Source of the DNA: Polynucleobacter necessarius
GTDB taxonomy: Bacteria > Pseudomonadota > Gammaproteobacteria > Burkholderiales > Burkholderiaceae
DNA length: 32,000 nt
Assembly (NCBI RefSeq): GCF_900095195.1
Contig: NZ_LT606950.1
Coordinates: 426,164 to 458,163, forward strand
Direction of reading: 5' to 3'
Shown: positions 28,085 to 32,000 of the stretch, one piece after another
Layout of the letters: each line of letters opens with the position of its first letter
How positions within the stretch are numbered: the stretch's first letter is position 1
Notes under the pieces: model-generated
What the model saw: the letters and a program-made list of their open reading frames with translations, nothing else
Told to the model about the DNA's origin: nothing
The model's database searches: none
Translations under genes and position numbers: made by a program

Positions 28085-30050
28085 ATGGAGCTCCACTATA
28101 CTTTTGGGATTAATCAAGCCATCCATCCTACCTTTTGCGCCCGAGCTGCCGATAAGATTGGCAAGCTATTCTGAGGGGCGATAAATCCCCATTTAATGGC
28201 TTAGAGCACAGTCTAGATGGGGTATTGGCCTGGGTTGAGCTCGATTTAGGTGCTGATCTGCGTTTTGAAAAAAGCCTGCTTCTATTGAGTGAGCAGGGTT
28301 TGATTTGGACCGAAGGCAGCAATTTTGAAGTTTGGCATTTCACATTGGCAGTTAACCCCCAGGTTCTGCGCTTACAGTCGAGTTTTCGGCAATTAACGAG
28401 AGGGGGCGAGTTTGTTGAGGCGGAGGTTGGCGAGTATGACAAGCAAGTTTGTTCGGTTTGCTTGAGCCCAAAGCCAGCAGACTCTGAAGTCTGTCCAATC
28501 TGTGATCCTGAGGATGACAAACCACCATCGACTTGGACGCTGTTTAAGCTGTGGCGTTTTGCAAAGCCCTATCAAAATCAATTGCTACTCGGTTTTGTTT
28601 TAACACTGCTATCTACCGGTGCAACACTCATACCGCCATACCTAACTATGCCACTCATGGATCATGTCTTGATTCCGTATGAGCGAGGTAATCCCATTGA
28701 TTTTCATTTGGTAAGCATGTATCTGCTGGCACTTTTTGGTGCCGCCTTAATTGCCTGGGGATTGGGTTGGTGGAAAACGTATCTGTTGGCATTGGTCAGT
28801 GAACGTATTGGGGCGGACCTGCGTAATACCACGTTTGAGCACTTACTGAAGTTATCGCTGGAGTATTTTGGTGGCAATCTAACTGGAGACTTAATCGCTC
28901 GTATTGGTGCAGAGACGGATCGCATCTGCGTCTTCCTATCCTTATATGCATTGGACTTTGCGACCGATGTCTTGATGATTACGATGACTGCCGCCATCCT
29001 CGTATCGATTGACCCTTTGTTAGCTTTAGTAACCTTAGCGCCATTGCCATTTATTGTTTGGATGATTCATGTGGTGCGAGATAGGTCATGTGGTGCGAGA
29101 TAGGTCATGTGGTGCGAGATAGGTTACGTTTTGGTTTTGAAAGGATCGATCGGATATGGTTTGAAGTAACCAATATTTTGGCTGATACGATTCCTGGTAT
29201 TCGTGTAGTAAAAGCGTTTGCTCAAGAAGATCGTGAGCTCAAGCGTTTCGTAGATTCCAATAAGCACAATTTGCAAATTAACGATCGTGTAAATCGCGTG
29301 TGGGGATTATTTTCTCCAACCGTCACGCTTTTGACCGAAACCAGTTTGTTGGTGGTGTGGGGTTTTGGTATTTGGCAAGTTGCACATCAAAAAGTAACCG
29401 TTGGCGTTTTAATTGCCTTTTTAGCGTACATCGGTCGTTTCTATGTTCGCCTCGACTCGATGAGTCGGACTGTGTCTCACACTCAAAAAGCTGCTGCCGG
29501 AGCAAAGCGGATCTTTGATATCTTGGATCATGTGTCCAGCGTGCCAAAACCAGTCAATCCAGCGCCGCTGGGTCCGGTAAAGGGCGGGCTCTCCATGAGA
29601 GGAGTCGGTTTTCGGTATGGCAATTGCGCGGTATCCAAGGGAATTGATTTGGATCTCACTCCTGGAGAAATGATTGGCTTGGTAGGCCACAGTGGCTCCG
29701 GCAAGAGCACCTTAGTGAACTTAATTTGCCGTTTTTATGACGTGAGTTCAGGCTCGATTGCTTTGGATGGCAGAGACATTCGCAGCATTGGCATTGCAGA
29801 TTACCGTAAGTGCATCGGATTGGTGTTGCAAGAACCCTTTTTATTCTTTGGCACGATCGCAGAAAATATTGCTTATGGCAAACCCAATGCTGCGCGCGAC
29901 GAAATTATTGAGGCTGCGCGCGCCGCACATGCCCATGAATTTATTTTGCGTTTACCTTTAGGGTATGACTCGTTAGTTGGTGAGCGCAGCCAATCTCTTT
30001 CCGGCGGCGAGCGACAACGTATTTCAATTGCGCGCGCTCTGTGTATTTGA
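28085..30050 (+). pseudogene. Fused ABC exporter (N-terminal extension, zinc ribbon, type I exporter TMD and NBD), disrupted and 3'-truncated
   Basis: The TMD (RFAKPYQNQLLLGFVLTLL...) and NBD are present, with Walker A GHSGSGKST, Q-loop LVLQEP and signature LSGGERQR. The frame is broken by a 19-nt x3 tandem repeat at 29067-29123. Collapsing it to one copy restores ...WMIHVVRDRLRFGFERIDR.... The coding sequence stops right after the signature motif, with no Walker B, D-loop or H-loop. The 5' end is uncertain. The main frame is open from 28156 with no in-frame ATG, and ATG 28085 opens a 29-codon ORF in another frame, possibly a further frameshift. Confidence 0.85.
29067..29123. repeat. Perfect tandem repeat, 19-nt unit x3 (tcatgtggtgcgagatagg)
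   Basis: I counted three contiguous identical units directly, at 29067-29085, 29086-29104 and 29105-29123. The two extra copies add 38 nt, which is out of frame. Confidence 0.95.
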
Positions 30051-30060
30051 TGACACACGT

Positions 30061-30371
30061 ATGCCTTACAAAGAGAAGGTGACCGATACCCAATCTTGGT
30101 ATGACATCCCAACTTGTAAAGAGCTGGCGTTCCAACCGATTACGTGATGTTGCGCGGTATCTTTATGGCGCCTGGTGTCACGCAAGAGCAAGTCGACTTT
30201 TATGTTGAGTTATTCAAAAAAGCTCGCGCTACTCCAGAGTGGAAGGAATTCATGGCTGATGGTGCTTTCAACCAAACTTTCATGACTGGTAAAGAGTTCC
30301 GGAATTGGCTCACACTTAACGAGGCTTTGCACAAGCAGTTAATGTCCGAAGCTGGTTTCTTGGCCAAATAA
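30061..30371 (+). pseudogene. tctC: Tripartite tricarboxylate transporter substrate-binding protein (TctC/Bug family), 3' remnant with an internal frameshift
   Basis: Only the C-terminal ~100 codons are present: ...SWYDIPTCKELAFQPIT, then a stop, then in another frame VMLRGIFMAPGVTQEQVDFYVELFKKARATPEWKEFMADGAFNQTFMTGKEFRNWL.... The remnant abuts the truncated ABC gene. Confidence 0.65.
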
Positions 30372-30386
30372 TATGCAGTAAATACG

Positions 30387-30416
30387 ATAGGACCTCCATT
30401 CGGGGTCCTATTTTTT
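30387..30416 (+). terminator. Intrinsic terminator-like hairpin after the tctC remnant
   Basis: ataggacc (30387-30394) pairs with ggtcctat (30404-30411) and is followed by a T6 run. Confidence 0.6.
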
Positions 30417-30430
30417 AAGTAGGCGTCTTT

Positions 30431-30856
30431 ATGACTGGCAGTATTAAGTTGGGCGCTAGCTGGGGTAGTGATGGTCCCGAAGCTGGCTATTTCCCATTTT
30501 ATGTAAGCTTAATCATCATTATTTCGAGTGCTATTATGCTTTATCAAGCGGCAATTGTGAATAAGAAAAAGAAAATGGAATCCTTTGTCGACAAGGAGTC
30601 TTTTGGTCAGGTCTTGGCGGTATTGCTCCCCGCATTTGTGTTTGTGCTGGGTGTTCAGCTTATTGGTATTTATGTTTCCTTGTTTGTCTACATTGCCATT
30701 TTTATGGTTTGGTTGGGCAAATATCCAATTTGGAAAGCAGTGGCAGTCGCGCTTGGCGTGAGTGCAGCTCTCTACTTCATGTTTGAATATTGGTTCCAGG
30801 TTCCAATGCCACACGGCTCATGGATCAACCCACTCGAATTCTTGGGTGTGAATTAA
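30431..30856 (+). CDS. tctB: Tripartite tricarboxylate transporter small membrane subunit TctB
   Basis: 141-aa ORF with four predicted hydrophobic helices, positioned between the tctC and tctA remnants. It appears intact. Confidence 0.7.
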   Translation: MTGSIKLGASWGSDGPEAGYFPFYVSLIIIISSAIMLYQAAIVNKKKKMESFVDKESFGQVLAVLLPAFVFVLGVQLIGIYVSLFVYIAIFMVWLGKYPIWKAVAVALGVSAALYFMFEYWFQVPMPHGSWINPLEFLGVN

Positions 30857-30893
30857 ACAATAACTATTAAAAAAGATTAGAAAAAAAGAGTCC

Positions 30894-31683
30894 AAGTTAG
30901 AAGAAATTAGCGCTCTATTCAGCGGCTTTGCCGTTGCAATGACACCCTTTAATTTATTGCTCATGCTCGCTGGTGTAACACTGGGTGTGATCATCGGCGT
31001 TTTGCCTGGTCTTGGTGGTGCGAATGGCATTGCGATTCTGTTGCCGTTGACATTTACGATTCATCATGCTCTCCTGTATCTATTGGGGTGCGTTGTTTGG
31101 TGGTGCAATTACTTCGGTACTGTTCAATATTCCGGGCGAACCCTGGTCGGTAGCGACTACCTTTGATGGTTACCCCATGGCACGTAATGGCAAAGCAGGT
31201 GAAGCATTAACGGCCGCATTTACCTCTTCATTTGTTGGTGCGTTCATTGCGAACGTGATGACCACGTTCTTGGCGCCATTGGTTGCGAAGTTTGCTCTGC
31301 AGTTTGGCCCGCCTGAATTCTTCTCGGTGTACTTGCTGACCTTCTGTAGCTTTGTGGGTATGAACAAGGGCTCACCATTCAAGACCATTTCTGCCATGAT
31401 GCTCGGTTTTGCATTAGCAGCGGTAGGTATGGATACCGTTACCGGTCAATTGCGTTTGACATTCGGTCATGCAGAATTGATGCGCGGTTTTGATTTCTTG
31501 ATCGCGGTGATTGGTTTGTTTGGTATTGGTGAGATTCTTCTCTCAATGGAAGAGGGTCTAGCATTCCAAGGCGCAGCTGCGAAGATTCGTGGCAAGGTCG
31601 TTCTGGAAACATGGAAGCAGTTGCCGAAATACTGGGCGGCTTCATTGCGCAGTTGCTTAATTGGTTGCTGGATGGGTATTTGG
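30894..31683 (+). pseudogene. tctA: Tripartite tricarboxylate transporter large permease TctA, with start lost, a frameshifting micro-deletion and 3' truncation
   Basis: The TctA N-terminus reads (K)LEEISALFSGFAVAMTPFNLLLMLAGVTLGVIIGVLPGLGG, with AAG at 30894-30896 where a start codon is expected. The frame changes at ~31057-31063 with ~5 residues missing. Homology then continues as IMLSCIYWGALFGGAITSVLFNIPGEPWSVATTFDGYPMARNGKAGEAL...SLRSCLIGCWMGI. It ends abruptly at ~31683, roughly half of a ~500-aa TctA. Confidence 0.85.
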
Positions 31684-31713
31684 ATTAATCAATCTGCAAG
31701 AAGGGCATTTTTA

Positions 31714-32000
31714 GTGAAGCTACCCAAGGATTTGCCTTCAGACGACGCATTGATTCAGGGCTTTGAGGATCAATATCTAGGCTACATTCCCAAAAAGATT
31801 GGTCGCGAACCATTGAAGGAATTGGCAATCTTGCATCGAAAAATAAATGATCTAGAAAAATACAAGCGTCAGCTAGGAACGGGTGTATTTGCATTGATGG
31901 GAAGTGCTGGAATGAGTGTTTTCTCAAAAAGAGAGCTAATAAGCTTGCTCTCTGAGCAGGCTAAATCCTTGAGGCCTGTTTATGCAATGATCGATGAACG
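31714..32000 (+). CDS. Open reading frame of unknown function that runs off the window end; start uncertain
   Basis: The frame stays open from the tctA remnant to position 32000 (my own translation; it is absent from the ORF track because there is no stop in the window). After ~31683 the sequence is no longer TctA-like: ...VKLPKDLPSDDALIQGFEDQYLGYIPKKIGREPLKELAILHRKINDLEKYKRQLGTGVFALMGSAGMSVFSKRELISLLSEQAKSLRPVYAMIDE. GTG 31714 is preceded by AGAAGGG 8 nt upstream. I do not recognise the family. Confidence 0.3.
   Translation, partial: MKLPKDLPSDDALIQGFEDQYLGYIPKKIGREPLKELAILHRKINDLEKYKRQLGTGVFALMGSAGMSVFSKRELISLLSEQAKSLRPVYAMIDE

Noticed and set aside
28060-28086. Exact TTGACA -35 hexamer with AATAAT/TAATGG candidates for a -10, upstream of the ABC gene
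   Set aside because: The spacing is 15 nt for AATAAT. For the 17-nt option the -10 overlaps the candidate ATG at 28085. It therefore cannot be assigned confidently to either divergent gene.
24243-31683. Possibility that the interrupted genes use programmed frameshifting or read-through, or that the 24-32 kb region is a mobile or defence island
   Set aside because: Most of the broken genes carry several unrelated lesions or large deletions, which is incompatible with recoding. No integrase, transposase, tRNA attachment site, direct-repeat boundaries or known defence domains were found. The content is metabolic and transport genes in decay.

Overview
This is a compact, moderately AT-rich betaproteobacterial chromosomal segment. 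The proteins look Burkholderiales-like. My unverified guess is a Polynucleobacter-type genome, possibly an obligate-symbiont lineage. About 18 genes appear intact and are mostly housekeeping: metG (partial), fdhD, dcd, a 749-aa Orn/Lys/Arg decarboxylase, TRAP dctQ/dctM, argH, hemC, hemD, an RhlE-like DEAD-box helicase, msrA, pdxH, tcdA, ald, a GDT1/UPF0016 transporter, pepN, vapB, fbp and tctB. Interleaved with them are at least 10 visibly decayed genes: ubiC, a LysE-family exporter, an aldehyde dehydrogenase, an APC amino-acid permease, vapC, two tandem cyanophycin synthetase paralogs, a fused ABC exporter, tctC and tctA. The lesions can be read directly from the sequence. They include in-frame stop codons, 1-nt indels at homopolymers, internal and inter-genic deletions, and two perfect short tandem-repeat expansions inside coding sequence (17 nt x7 and 19 nt x3). 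I found no rRNA, tRNA, CRISPR array, transposase, integrase or IS termini. I also found no convincing novel multi-gene system such as a defence island. The items most worth a second look are the pattern of gene decay and its repeat-expansion mutational signature, the eroded cyanophycin locus with its divergently transcribed zinc-ribbon ABC exporter, and an unidentified open frame fused to the truncated tctA at the 3' edge of the window.
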